A stretch of 64,000 nucleotides of DNA from the human T2T-CHM13v2.0 reference genome, Homo sapiens: assembly GCF_009914755.1 (NCBI RefSeq), contig NC_060925.1, one strand, 5' to 3'. Shown piece after piece: positions 49,066 to 63,000 of this stretch. The translations under genes and the position numbers were made by a program. Below the pieces are notes generated by a model, which was given only the letters and a program-made list of their open reading frames with translations, was not told the origin of the DNA and did not search any database. The stretch's first letter is position 1. Each line of letters starts with the position of its first letter.

Positions 49066-49768
49066 AGGATCAGCAATGGCCTGCGCCTTCCGCGGAGGGC
49101 CATCCACGCGTCCAACCCCATAGGATGTGCCTGTACGAACAGCAGCAACATGACCCCATAGGCTCAGAGCCAGAGTCCCCAGCGCCAGCCCCGCCATGTC
49201 AAGGGCACAGCCAGAGAGGACGGGGTGGCAGGGAGACCAGGTTCCCCCCTGTGGCTTCAGGAGGGTGGGCGCCCTGAGAGAACTCGCTTCAAGGCCCCTG
49301 TCCCTGCCTGGAAGGAGCCCAGCGTGCGAATTCCAGCTGCCCTGCACAGCCCCAGCGTCCTGCTCTGAGGCCTGAGAGGAAGCGTGTTTGGGGAGCTGGT
49401 GTCTGGGTGCAAAGGGAAGCCAGATCACCACACCGAGGAAGGCACTTCAAAGGAGACTTTTCACAGCCTTCCGCTTGGGAAAGTGAATGAAAGAACGTTA
49501 TTGACTGAGGGCTGGGGCCGGCCTGGAAATAGCAGGACATGGAAGCCCTTGGAGGATGGGGAACAGTTCCTCCCCTCAGGGCGTCCGTAGAGAACACGTC
49601 CTTAGCCCGGTCGCGTTAGCACGTCGCATGTCCGAAAGCGTGCTCAACAGGATTCTAAAGGGAGCAGAGTTTATTTCTTTTAACTTTTGACTGGCCAATC
49701 CAAACAAACAAACAAGGCTTCAAACAGAGCATTGGAGGATATCTGAAATCTAACCTTTGGCTGAGGTT

Positions 49769-49771
<3 letters not shown>

Positions 49772-49811
<40 letters not shown>
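49772..49811. repeat. (AC)20 microsatellite
   Basis: Perfect dinucleotide run. Confidence 0.97.
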
Positions 49812-49815
<4 letters not shown>

Positions 49816-50352
49816 GGACATAAATCTGCAAATAAACTTTCCAAAGAAAAACACCTACTTCTTTCAAAATCCAGCCTTCTTCCCCGTTCTTTCTGGCATC
49901 CTGGTGGAAGGTGCTGGCCTGGCAGGGGCAAGGAGGACTCAGGAGTCCACAGAGCCCAGCTGCCCACACCTCCCCTGGCACCCCAGCCACCTCTGCCCAG
50001 GTTCACAGGAGGCCCGGGGGCCAAGTGCCCCATGCTCCTGCACTGAAGTGTGGGAGAGCTCAGACTGGTCTCCATGACCAGCCCAGCCCTGCTCGCTCTC
50101 TCTGGTCCTCAGAACCTCCTTACTGTGAACTCCGCTCCCTGAAGTCAGTCGTGGATCTGTCAGGCAGCCCCACAGAGGAGGCTGTGACGTCTCGACAGCC
50201 TGCCCAGAGTATCGCTGACGCTGATGTGCAGAACCCCAATCTCCACAGCTGTGCCTGAGAACAGTGAAGATGAAGGGAGAGAGGGTGTGGGGTCTGACTG
50301 CTAGGCCCAGCCCCTGCATTCAGGCTTACTGACCTGCCAAGATAGCGGGGGA

Positions 50353-51440
50353 CATGCATATGTATCGGTGTGTGTATCTTATGTGCGCATGTGTGCACGT
50401 GCGTATATATGTATGTTGGAGTCTGTGTGTAGGTGTAGGCATGTTTATCTCTGTGTATGAGCACGTGTGTGTCTGTGGCTGTTTGTGTACATGCACATGT
50501 GTGTACATGCACATGTGTGTGTGCATGTGGAGGGGTGTGTGTGCATATTTGTAAGCAAATGCATGCACATGTGTGTTGGTGTGTCTGTGCATGTGTGTTT
50601 GCATGCACATGTGTGTTGGAGTGAGCCTGTGTGTGTGCACATACATACACATGTGTGTTGGTGTGAGACTGAGCGTATTCATGCACTTGTATGTTGGTGT
50701 GAATCTGTGTGTGAGTGCATGCATGCACATGTGTGTTGGTGTGAGTCTGAGTGCATGCATGCACATGTGTGTTGGTGTGAGTCTGTGAGTGCATGCATGC
50801 ACATGTGTGTTGGAGTGAGTGTGTGTATGTGTGCACATTCACACACATATGTGTTTTTGTGAATCTGTGAGCACATGCATGCACATGTGTGTTGGTGTGA
50901 ATCTGTGTGTGAATGCCTGCATGCACATGTGTGTTGGTGTGAATCTGTGTGTGAATGCATGCATGCACATGTGTGTTGGAGTGAGTCTGTGTGTGCATGA
51001 ACATTCACACACATTGTGTTGGTCTGAATATATGTGCATGTGTGAGTGCATGCATCCACATGTGTGTTGGTGTGAGTCTGTGTGTGAATGCTTGTATGCA
51101 CATGTGTTGGTGTGAGTCTGTGAGCACATGCATGCACATATGTGTTGGTGTGAATCTGTGTGTGCATGCATGCATGCACATGTGTGTTGGAGTGAGTCTG
51201 TGTGTGCACATTCATGCACGTCTGTTGGTGTGAATCTGTGTGCGTGTGTGAGCGCATGCATCCACATGAGTGTTGGTGTGAGCCTCTGTGTGAATGCATG
51301 CATGCACATATGTGTTGGTGTGAATCTGTGTACATCTGTGAGTGCATGCATCCACATGTGTGTTGGTGTGAGTCTCTGTGTGTGAATGCATACACGCACA
51401 TGTGTGTTGGTGTGAGTCTGTGTGCATGTGTATCTGTGAA
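50353..51440. repeat. ~1.1-kb TG-rich tract with a semi-regular ~35-40-bp unit
   Basis: GCATGCACATGTGTGTTGGTGTGA(G/A)TCTG recurs many times. Confidence 0.95.
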
Positions 51441-52032
51441 TCCCACTGTGAATTCTAATTCAGGAGACAGGAGAGAAAGGCCCCACCTGAGAGCTGGCAC
51501 ATTCTTCTCCCCAGTGCTCTGAGCATCCCCACCGCTTCCTCCATCGAAGGCACCCAACTGCTGCTCCTGAGGCTGTGGCCACTCTCTTTTCTGGGAGAAC
51601 AGGTTTAGCAGGGTTCTTAGGAGGTGCTTGATTTCTAAAGCTGGGATCTTGTGGGTTAGAGTAGGGGCCATGCCAGGTCACCAAGACATCATCAAGGGGA
51701 CCATCATCAGGGACCTTTGAGCTAGAGGCCCTTGGGGTGGGAGCTGGGGGAGACCCACCAGGTGCAGAGGAAGGCTGCTTGGCCACTGCGGGGCCAGCCC
51801 CCAACAGGGGCTGCGGGCACACACCATGCAACCATCTCTGCCCCAGGCTGGCTGGCTTTCCCTTGGTGTGATGCTGTGCGGTTTTCCATTTGGTCTCTCT
51901 GGTTGGGGATCCCCAGAGAGCACACGATAGAGTTCCTGGCTGACCGGCATTTCCACCCCTCGCCCTGGTGACCTGGAGCATGACACTGAGCATTGGTGCT
52001 GGAACAAAAGATGGAGGGAAAAGAAACAAAAG

Positions 52033-52268
52033 TCACACGCACAGGCCCACATGCACGGACACACACATGGGCACTTGTGTACACATAGATATGCACACAG
52101 ACACATGTACACACATATGCCCACACACTGGCACGCACATGTGTGAACATAGTACACAAAAACACATGCACACAAATGAATACACACAGACACATGTGCA
52201 CACATATAGACATGCACACACATTCACACAGACACGTGTGCATGCACACACGTGTGCACACACATGAA
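52033..52268. repeat. Compound (CA)n low-complexity tract
   Basis: Directly visible. Confidence 0.92.
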
Positions 52269-55234
52269 CATCTAGCTTCATGAAGCTCTAGCCTCAGCTG
52301 TCATTTATTCCATTCTCATCCTTCCAGAGAAACAGGCGCAGCCGAATTCTCTTTGGGAAGTTGCAAGGACCCTCGCAAGGCAGGAGAAGGGGGCATACTG
52401 GGCCCCAAGCCTCCCAGATGCCAGGGCTTCCGTGGTCCTGCCAGGGGCTCCTGTGGCCTCAGATGAGAAGCCCCGTGGGGAACAGATGTTCCCTTGCTCC
52501 TCTGGGGCCCAATTCGAGGCCCCAGGACATTTGGCCTCTAGGCTTATCACAAACACACTGTCCAGGGAGCAAGTGCTCTGTTTACCCTTCAGTTATCTGA
52601 GCAGTGAACCAAGAAGCTAGGGCCAAGGTGCCCTCCTGGCTTCCAACCCGACTTCCTCATTTCAGAGGCTCCTTTCCAAGTGGGGACGGGGTGCCCGGGG
52701 AAAGCCGCCTCTTCTGTCTGACTGCCCAGGGTGGCCAGTTGATGAGTATCTCACCAGGGCTTGGCCTCTGGGTGCTCAGCCCCTCCACCTCCGGCCTGAT
52801 AACCCGGGCTCCACCACTCAGGGTCCCACGCCATGAGGGCTGCTTGGCTGGCTGGGGAAGCTCCTGGAACCCAGGGGCTTGTGGCTACCATGCCCTCCTG
52901 GAGCCCCAGAGGCAGCCAGGACAGAAAGTGTCTGAGCACAGGCCAGGCCAGGGTCCTCTCTGGGCAGGACACACTGTGGACACACATGCCACCGTCCTGT
53001 TTTCTTTGGAGCTGACTGCAGCAGGCCGAGCCCATGAGGACAGGCCAGCAGAGAAAGGGCTGTCTGATGGCAGTGGACCATTTCTGCCCTTTTCTGTGCG
53101 GCTGTGCTGAGCTCCCCAGAGCCCAGCAAGCAGGAAGAAGCCCGTTGTGACAGTGACAGGCACCCCAGCAGCTGCCATTCAGGCCAAGGAGAGGCAGTTT
53201 GGAGCCCTGCTGCTGTCTGGGGAGAGTTGCAGCTTCAAGGCGATCGATGGGGAGCTTCCGTGCACTCCCCTCTCTGGCCTCCCCATGTCCCGCCTTTCCG
53301 GGTGCTCAGAGGCATCTCCTGCTCTCTCCTTCTGGAGGGCAGCTTCCTGGCCACCCTCACCTCCAGCTGCTGAAAGCCGAACCACGTTTTGTGGGATACT
53401 GCCCCCGAGGGAGACAGCTCACCCACCCACCACAGTACCATCAAAGACAGACGTCCTGCTTGTCTCGGTATCCCTGGCCCTTGCCCAGGGTGAGGCACAG
53501 GGTGGGCCTCCGCGCATCCGTGCCCGGAAGCAGGAACAGAGGGATGGGTGGATGAGTGGCAACCATCCTGGGTGGTCAGTAGGACCCTAGAAAGTGCTCA
53601 GAGCAGAGCGGAAAGGGCATGACCCCTACCCAGTGAATCCACAGGGGCTTCCTGGAGGAAGTGCTACTTAGGCTGGGATTTCAAGAGCAACAAAGCTTTG
53701 TTGCCCACCGAGCGATTCAGGCAGTGAGGTGGGAAGGAGCGTGGGAGGAGGCTGCGGAGCGACCATTGCCTTGGTCTCGCTCACACCTCCCACCTTGCTC
53801 GTGAAGGTGACAGTCCTACTGCGGACCCCTGGCTGCATTGTGTGTGTGGTGGGGGGTGTGCAGAGCTCAGTTACCCCATCGGCCTCAGCCTCCCTCAGAA
53901 CTGTGGGAGACGGGGCTAAACTCCCCCCTCACCTGCCTCACCATTCCCTTCCCCAGCTGCTGGAATCCTCAGAGAGCCCCTGTCACTCAAAGGGAGGAAG
54001 AATCCACTCTGGCCAGGGCCGGTGCTAGGGCAGCCCAGCTCAGTCCCATAGGAAGATGCGGTTCTGTGCAGCAGCTGAGGTTGGAAGGGCCACCAGGCAA
54101 GTGGGGCTGGGGGGAACAGGTGTGCCATCCCCCGAGCGTGCCTCCTCCTCTCCCTGGGACCCGCGTGAAATTTCTGTCTGATGCTCCGTCAATGGCAGGC
54201 GATCTCTGCTGCGTATGGACGGATTCGCTGCCCAGGTTTGCAGGTCCATCCTCTGGAATCTGCTGTCAAGTAGCTTCATGGGTAAAGTGTGACCCTATTT
54301 CCTTTGGGTAAAACACAGGTGGGGGCTTCCAGGTCTGGGTCTGCCTCGGGGGATCCTCTGCTGTGGTAGCCGAGTCCTTACCTGGGCCCTTTGCACACTG
54401 TACCCCCTAAATCCCCAAGCAGACCCCACGAGCCCACCCTCCAAGCCACCATTGCCCCTCGGAGGGAGGTACAGGTGGTGGCCTCTCCCTCCCTTCACCC
54501 CGTTCCTGAAACAATTTGGGGACAGATGGCACCAGTGTGAGGCAGGAGCGTTTACCTGATCCCCATCTCAGAGGTGCTGCAAAACGCCATAAATACCAAA
54601 CACCCGCTCCCGGAGAGCCAGCGCCATGGATCAGTGCATCTGGGGATGTCTGGAACATTCCGAGGGAAAATAAAACAATTATTTTTGACAACTTGCATCA
54701 ATACCATCTACGTTTTTCCCCCTGCACAGGGCTCCCTCCCCCACTCTGAGTCTGTCCCTTCTACGCGTGTCTGTGTCTTCAGGAAATAGAGCCGGGACAC
54801 TCAATAAGCCAATTGTTAGCTCCATCGATCTTATTTGGGGGCCTGAAAATTCAGCAGCCAGCACAGTGTTAAATTATTAACTAAATGTTTCCACTCACTG
54901 GGGACGTGTTTTGTAAAGGCCATCTAGATGAACAACGGCCTCTTTATGAAATTAACAGCCAAAATGGTGGCAGGGTGTGGGGCAGAAGTCATGGGGTGGC
55001 TGAAGGCAGAAGGCCCTGTGCACCTCCAGACTGGAGGACAGAGGTGAAGCTGGCATTGGGGGCCGTGCTGCAGCAGGACAGAGCTGGCTGGAGTCCTCCC
55101 TGGAGGAAGGGGAGCATGGCCCCCGTGAGCTGACCCCAGCGCACCTTCCCTCGGGCTGTGTGGCAGCTGAAGGCTCCAGGCTAGGGAGGGGGATGTGTCC
55201 AACCCCGCACGCTCCTTGGCCAAGTTGCTGCCCC

Positions 55235-55296
55235 CTGAGCCCTCGTTTCTCCCCCTCTGAGCCCTCGTTTCTCCCCCTCTGAGCCCTCGTTTCTCC
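55235..55296. repeat. 22-bp unit, ~3 copies, apparently MIR-derived
   Basis: CTGAGCCCTCGTTTCTCC at 55235, 55257, 55279. Confidence 0.9.
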
Positions 55297-55750
55297 TGGG
55301 CTATGATGGGTGAGCCATCCAGGCCACAGAGGATGTAGCAGAGCTGAGCAAGCTCCAGAGTGCAAAGCTCTCGAGAAGTGACTGTCACCTGGTGGGTGTG
55401 GCAGATGGCGGCTGTCTTACCCCAGCCAGGTTTCCATCCCCGTTGGCAAGGGTAGGTCTCAGAGGGAGTGACCAGGGCTCACCTGTCCTCCTTCAGAGGC
55501 TGCAGGCCCTGGGCCTTGTGGTTGCAGCTGCTGCCTTAGAGAGCTTCCCATCCAGAGGGGAAGCAAGGGGGGCAACCTGGCGACTTTGCCCCATGCTTCC
55601 TAAGCAGCTCCTGAATGGAAGAATCGGGGTGGTCTGGCAGATGGAGATCAGTGTCTGGCCAGCCTGGCTAGCGAGACCCGCCGTGAAGCACAGACAAAGA
55701 GGAAGAAACCAGGATGTCAGAACACACACACACACGCGTGCGCACACACA

Positions 55751-56159
55751 CAGAGGGTCCCTAACTTACGATCGCTCAACTTAGGAATGTTTGGCTTTAC
55801 GACGGTGGAGAAGTGATCATAATAATTCAATAGAAAACATACGTCGGGTTTTGAGTTTTGATATTTTCCCAGCTATCAATTTGTGGCCCAACACCCTCTT
55901 GCTGTGTGGGGCAACAGCAGCAGCTGCCGCTCCCAGGCCAGCCACACAGTCATGAGGGTGAACCGCCCGCGCTCTGCAGCGCACTGTGTGGCCAGACGGT
56001 GTTGCCTGACTGTAAGATTTCCGAGGACATCTGAGGCAGGTGAGTCCGGGCTGTCTTCTTCGGGTAGGTTAGGTGTATTAAATTCATTTGGCTCACAATA
56101 TTTTCAATTTATGATGAGCTTCTTGGGAGGTAACCCCATCTCAAGTTGAAAAGCACCTG
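55751..56159 (-). mobile_element. MER47B/Tigger5-type DNA transposon with both TIRs
   Basis: Left end CAGAGGGTCCCTAACTTACGAT; right end TAACCCCATCTCAAGTTGAAAAGCACCTG; right part is the reverse complement of the 11039 element's start. Confidence 0.75.
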
Positions 56160-57790
56160 TCCTTTTTAAATGTAAGGATGGGAAAGACCATGATTGAGGT
56201 TGCAGGTTGCTGGTGATCTTCCCAGCCCAGCCGTGCTCAGCCTGGATGAGGCAGCTAGGGAAACCCAGGGTGCACGATGGCCTCTGAGAGGGGAGCCTCG
56301 TGCCGGCGTGGCTCACCTGTGCCACCAACACCCTCCCCACCGAACCCCAGAAGTAACCTTGGAACCCACAGTTCCATACCAGGTCCTTGGGAGAATGAAT
56401 GAACATATTCCTAAGACAATACTCTCCCAACTCCCAAAACACTTCAAGTTATTTGTGGAAAGTTCCAGGGGAGGAAAATTAACAACTCAAACCTGAGAAG
56501 CCCTCTGGGCAGGTGGGAGCAACCAAGCCACCCACTACTTCAGTGGCCCCTTCTGCCACGTCACCTCTCTGCCTGCAGGCAAGGCAGCTTGCTAAAATAA
56601 GTGTCCACAGTTAGCAGTGGCTAGAATAGGAAGTGACAGAGGTGAGTCTCAAACCAGGCAGTCTGGCCTCAGAGCCCCCATGCCTGTATGATGTGTGATA
56701 TATACGGTAGCCTATACGTACCATGAGGGCACACTTGGATGACTTTGACACACGTAGCCACCACTAGAATCAACAGAAGGCTTTTCCATCACTCCTGGTC
56801 TCTTCCAGTCAATATCCCCCAAGGGCAAATGGCCAGCCGCTGTTCTGATGTCTATCACCTTGGATTCATTTTACCTGTCTTTGAACTCCGCATAAAGACA
56901 TCCACGCATAAGGCACTGTTTTGTAGCCAGTTTCTTTTGTTCGACATGAGGATGTCTGAGGGCTATCTATGCCACTGCACTTGTCAGCTGCGTGTTCTTT
57001 TATTCTGTATGGCAGTAGCATGCATGGTATGAATAGATCCCAGGTTGTCTATCCACTGTCCTAGGCATGGGCGTTTTGGGTTGTATCAGATGTGGGCTAT
57101 TACAGATAAAGTTTCTACAAGTATTCATGTGCAAGCATTGTGTGGACTTAAGTTTTCAACTCATTTCATTTTGATATAAATTGTCCAGGAGTAAAATTGT
57201 TCACTAGTAGGATACATGAATGTCTACATTTATGAGACAAATTGCTTTCCAAAAAGTTGTACTATTTTGCATTTCCACCAGCGGCAATGTGTGAGTGTTC
57301 CAGCTGCTCCGGTCCTCACCGACACTTAGTGTAGTCAGTCTTTTACATTATAACCGTTTGAGTGAGTGTGAAAGAATATCTCATTGTGGATCTAGTATGC
57401 ATTTCCCAGATGAATTGTGATATTTTCACTGGGTATAAGTGCTTTTGTGAAGTGTTCGTTCAAGCCTTTTGTCCATTTTTAAATTGGATTGTTTGTCTTT
57501 TTATCAATTGATTTTTAGATCTTTATGTATCCTAGATACAAGTCCTTAGTCGTTTATATGTATTACAAATATTTTTCCCCAATGAGTGGCCTGGCTTTTT
57601 ATTTTCTTAGCTGAGTCTTTTGATTGGTGAATGCTTTAAATCTCTTCCTTTGGGTTTAGTGCTTTGTTCAGACTTTTTTTTTTTAATTTTTGCTTTACTT
57701 CCTAGCTCTTCTCTCCTCCTGGGACTCCAGTTACATATGTATCAGATATTGTCCCACATATCGCTCAGGCTCTTTTCCTTTGGTTTCAGC

Positions 57791-58109
57791 TTTTGGTTTT
57801 TGTTTTGTTTTGTTTTTTTTGAGATGGAGTCTCGCTCTGTCACCCAGCCTGGAGTGCAGTGGTGCAATCTCAGCTCACTACAAGCTCCGCCTCCCGGGTT
57901 CTCCGCCTCCGCCATTCTCCTGCCTCAGCCTCCCAAGTAGCTGGGACTACAGGCATCCACCACCATGCCGGGCTAATTTTTTTGTATTTTTAGTAGAGAC
58001 AGGCTTTCACCATGTTAGCCAGGATGGTCTCAATCTCCTGACCTTGTGATCCACCCACCTCGGCCTCCCAAAGTGCTGGGATTACAGGTGTGAGCCACCG
58101 CTCCCAGCC
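57791..58109 (-). mobile_element. Alu SINE (AluY type), full length
   Basis: Y-type CCATTCTCC and TTAGCCAGGATGGTCTC; TSD TGGTTTCAG at 57781-57789 and 58110-58118. Confidence 0.95.
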
Positions 58110-58192
58110 TGGTTTCAGTATATTTTTTCTATTATTTAGATTGGATAATTTTATGGATCTGTTTTCAAGTTCACTCACCCTTTCTTCTGTCA

Positions 58193-58490
<298 letters not shown>

Positions 58491-59609
58491 ACTAAGCCTA
58501 TCTAGGGACTTGTTATTTCATGCAGTATACTTTTCTGTTTTGGAATTTTCTTTTGGTTTTTAATTATAATTGGCATTTCCCTGTTGGCATTTCCCCTCTG
58601 TTAGTTCATTGTGATTACCTTTGCCTTTAAGTCTTTGGACATATTTATAAGGTATTTTTAAATCTGCTGATTCTAACATCTGGCTCATATCAGAGTTGGT
58701 TTGGATTGGCTGTGGTTTTTTCTAGGCTATGGGTGACAATTTCCTGTTTCTGTGCACATTTAGTAATTTTTTATTGTATTGGATGTTGTAGATGACATTG
58801 TAGAAACTCTGGATTCTGTTGTATTCCTCTGAAAAGTTTTGGTTTTGGTTCTAGAGAGAGTTTCAATCACTAGGTGCTCACCCTGAGTTTGCAGAAGTGT
58901 GGCTCTACACTTTATTAGGTTGGGTCTTCTTCTGTTTTATCTTTAGGATTAGTCTTTGTTCTTAAGGCTCAGCCCTTCTGGGACTTTAGTGGAAAGCCAA
59001 AGGTGATCATCAAGCTCTTCTAAGTTGATGGGACTCAAATTCCAAAGCCCTGCTGTGGTAAGCAGCAAGTGAAATCTCTGTGTAGCTCTTGTTTTCTGTG
59101 GGGCCCTTTGCAACCTCCCTCATGCATGAGCAATTCAGGGGTTTGAGGGGTGTATATGCACACAGGAGGATCATGTCTCTGTGGCTCCTTCCTTTCCATG
59201 GTTTCTCCCCTCAACTTACAGATGCTCTGACAGCCTCACACTGCATCCTCTGACCCATCTGTCCCATAAGACTGCAGCTTTCTGCCCGAGTTCCAGCTGC
59301 CCTGTACCAAGTAGGCTGCACAGTGGCCTTGAGGGAATACCTGGAGGACAGTGGCCCTCACAGTGCACTGCTTTCCTTCAAGGGTTCAGTTCCTCCAGTT
59401 CCCACCTGCTTTTTGTTATTCTCTAGTGCTATCAAGTTTTTTTTGTTTTAAATTATTTTTTTCCAAGTGTATCATTGTTATCTGCAGGAGAGTACATCCA
59501 ACAGAAGCTACTCTACCACTGTGGGAACCGGAGGCTCCTGGGCCCCACTCTTTATTATGCCACATGCACATCCATTTTAAGCCAACAGCCACACGCACCT
59601 CCACTGTGA

Positions 59610-59770
59610 GTTCTGTGGCCTCATTCTGTCATCCTTGCCATAGCCCTAGGAAGTGGCTAGCACGGCAGCATCCATTTTACAGGTGGCAATAATGAGGTTC
59701 AAACTGGCCAAGTACCCCACCTAAGGACACTCAGCCAGTAGGAATGGGACTTGGGTCTTGAATCCTGAGG
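59610..59770 (-). mobile_element. MIR fragment
   Basis: CCATTTTACAGGTGG...TGAGGTTCA...CCTAAGGACAC. Confidence 0.55.
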
Positions 59771-59836
59771 TGCTGATGGCAAATCCCATGTTCTTCCCAC
59801 TGTTGGTTCCAAATGTGTCACCGGGATGCAGCAGGA

Positions 59837-60017
59837 CCCCCTCTGTGGTCCAGGCCACCCCTCGGGTCCTCCCATGCTGCCCTCTCGGGTCCTCCCGTGC
59901 TGCCCCCTCTGTGGTCCAGGCCACCCCTCGGGTCCTCCCGTGCTGCCCCCTCTGTGGTCCAGGCCACCCCTTGGTTCCTCCTGTGCTGCCCTCTCGGGTC
60001 CTCCCGTGCTGCCCTCT
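59837..60017. repeat. Bipartite minisatellite (43-bp and 23-bp units)
   Basis: CCCCCTCTGTGGTCCAGGCCACCCCT x3 interleaved with CTCGGGTCCTCCC(G/A)TGCTGCCC. Confidence 0.9.
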
Positions 60018-63000
60018 GCAGCCGAGGGTTTTTCTTGGCAGCTGTCTCACTCCACCCAGAGCTACACAGTCCCCCCACCCTGGGCTCCTGGGAGCCAACA
60101 AGAGCCCCAAAGAGGCCACGTGGCTGTGGGCCAGGGTCTCCCCCATCCAGGGGCCTGCGGAGGGGCTGCCTGTGAGCGTGCATATCAAAGGGGGCATTGA
60201 GGGGCGGGCTCCAAGGAGACTCATTCTCCGTCAACACCCACAATGTGGGCTTTGTGAGACCTGGCAAGGCTGCGCTGAGCTGAGCGAGAACTTTCCTTTT
60301 TCTCCTAGGGAGAGATTATTTAATTTAAAAATAATTGAATGTGGAAAATGTTGGATATGGAAACTGTTTATCAGGCTTCCTTTTTTGTTTCTCCCGTTGG
60401 CCCTGCCCCACGGCGGTGAGCGACGTACCCTTCCCCAGGACGTCTTGGAGGTGTTTGTGCGTCGAGTTCTGTGTGACATAGGCTGGGGGCTTGGGGGCTT
60501 CCAGTGGAGGAGCCTGATGGAGCTCCATGGTCAAGAGGGCCTGGAAAAGTCAGGGCCTTGGGCAGAACACGGGGGCCTGCCTGGTGCTCAAAGCACAGGG
60601 CGGAACACTCTGGAGACACTGCTGTCCCACGGTTCCTGTTCAGCAGCCTGAGCTCCTCCTGGAGCACCCGCGGCATACGTGGCCCTCCCGCCTCTCTGCT
60701 CACCCTGCTGTCTCCTTTCTCTCCCCTCCACCGTCCCCAGTCTTTGGGGGCAGGCAACACAGACACCCCCTCCACCTGCGAGCCTCTCGATGGCCAGCCA
60801 GGCCCACCCCTCACTCCTCCAAGCTGGCTGCAAGGAGGCACAGGCAGATGCATCTTCTCACCCCAGCTGCACCCAGACTGGGGTCACTTCTGGTGCCCAA
60901 CAGCACCCACCCCACTGTGAGGTGAGGGTGGGTGGCTCTACAAGGGAAGGGGCTCCTCTCACGTTCGCCCGCCCCAGTGGCCTAGTGACCGGCTGAACAG
61001 ACGGAATGAGTGACCATGCAACCAAGTGGCTCCTGAGCAGTTCCTAACACTGTTCACCGGTGCTCTGCCGCTCCCCTTTCGTGCTTCCATCTGTAAAATG
61101 AGGGACTCCAGGCAGGCCCTGGGGACACCTGAGTGTCAGGGCTGGCTTTGCAACCTAATCCTCTCCAGAAGTGCGCAGCACTCACCGGCAGCTTGGGACA
61201 CCCATGAAGTAACTTGCAGCGACCACCTTGAGGGCCTCACAGGTGTCCAGGAAACCCAGGTGCCCAGTCTTTCCGGGGAGGGTGGAGGGGGTCAGTGTAC
61301 AGCCCCGGGAGTGTGAGTGTGGGAAGGGGCAGGCGGCCGTCCCTCCCAGGACACTGGTTCCTGGATGATGGTCTTTCCACAAGGTTCTGCACCAGGCAGA
61401 CAGGCAGAGGGGCTCCATCCAGCCCAGAGGTGGCCCCAATGCTTAAAGCGCCTCCACCCCATTCCAGAAGGAGAAACCAGGCCCAGGGAGAGCGAGACTC
61501 TCAGGGCCTCCATGCATGCTGGCCACAGCCACTGGCTCCCTGGCATTGGCCCAGGAAGGAGCCCGGAACACCCTGGGCCTGGCCCACGGTGGTGCAGGTC
61601 CCACTGGCGAGAGCCATCCATCTGCTCCTGGAAGGCCCCGCCCTCCTGCGTCTGGTCCCAGGCAGGCTCTGTGCACACTGGGTGGGAACAAGGGCCTGTA
61701 GAATCAAGGCAAGAGGCAGTCAGGGGGTGGGGGTGGGGGCAGAGCCGTCTCTCACTGCTGGGGAAGGTCAGTCCTCGGAGTAGCTTGGGAGTCCATGACC
61801 CTGCCCCAGGTCCCACTTTGGAGTCATTTGGCTCTTCTCAGACTTCTGGGGTAGCAAAGCTGAATGGGCAGGTTCCGGGCTAAGGAGCAAACACCATGCC
61901 TAGGCCTTGGTGAGAGCTGCGGGCTCCCCTGATCCAGATCTGGCCTGATGCCTGCTCCAAAGCCCCTGAGGGCTCTGGGCTGGGGCGGGAACAGGAAGGG
62001 CAGCCACCTGGTAGTGTGGTCAGGAGGAAGGGGTTCCTTGTGCAAAGCAGCTGCCCGAGCCCATCCCCTGTGACTTCAGGGTCCTGGCAGTGTCTGTGAG
62101 CAGCCCCAGAGCTGGTGCCGGGCACTGAGTTCCGTGAGCCTCTGGACACGGGGCTGTGCATCTCGGTGGCTCAGTCTGCTTTGGCCGAGGCTAGAACCGA
62201 ACTTCTGGTCAGGCTGCCCATGCCTCTGGTCGGAGCACGGGGCAGCCTGTGTCCATCTGCTGGCAGCAGGCAGAGTTCTGCCCAGGTCGCAGAGGGGTTG
62301 CTGAGTCTCCCCAACCCACGTCCCAGCCTGGGGGGTCTGGCCCAACCGTAGCCCTCTGGGCCCCTGAACAGTTCTGCAGGGTTTTGGCTGCAAGGATGAG
62401 GCTCGCTGGCTCAGCCCAGGACCATAGGAATCTGCCCATGCCATGCAGCCCTCAGTGCCCACAAAGGCTGGGCTCCAGGCCCTGAGCTTTTTGGAGCAAC
62501 TACTCGGCTGCCTGGCCAGGTCACTCGTTAGTATTCGTGTGCTAGGGCCCAGGAGAAGCAGAGAGTGGAGAGAGGCCAGCGGTGGGGGCAGCTCTTCAGC
62601 ACCATCCCCAAAATCCGCGGGCCAAGGACATTTGGACAAAGAGCTGTCTTCATTGAGAGCAGTGGGCACGGCTTCTGCTGCCCACAAAGGCGGCTTGAAT
62701 GGGCAGGGACAGTGGGGAGGGACATGCACGCTTCTTAAAGAGGCCCTCCGCCATGGCCTCCAGCAGAAGGAGGGGGGCTTCCCCGGAGCTTTGAACTCAC
62801 AGTGCCCCTCTTGAGACATGACCTTGAATGTCAGGTGCCACCAAGCCCTGTCCCTGTCTCCTGACACTAGCTGTTCAGTTCTTCACAGGAACAGTCTGTC
62901 CTCCCCTCTGCCCTTGGGGACCGGGGCCGCAGTGAGCCTGGGGTGGGGGCCCTGGGGCTCACCCAACTCCACCCACTCTCCCAAAGAGCTCAGAGCTTCC

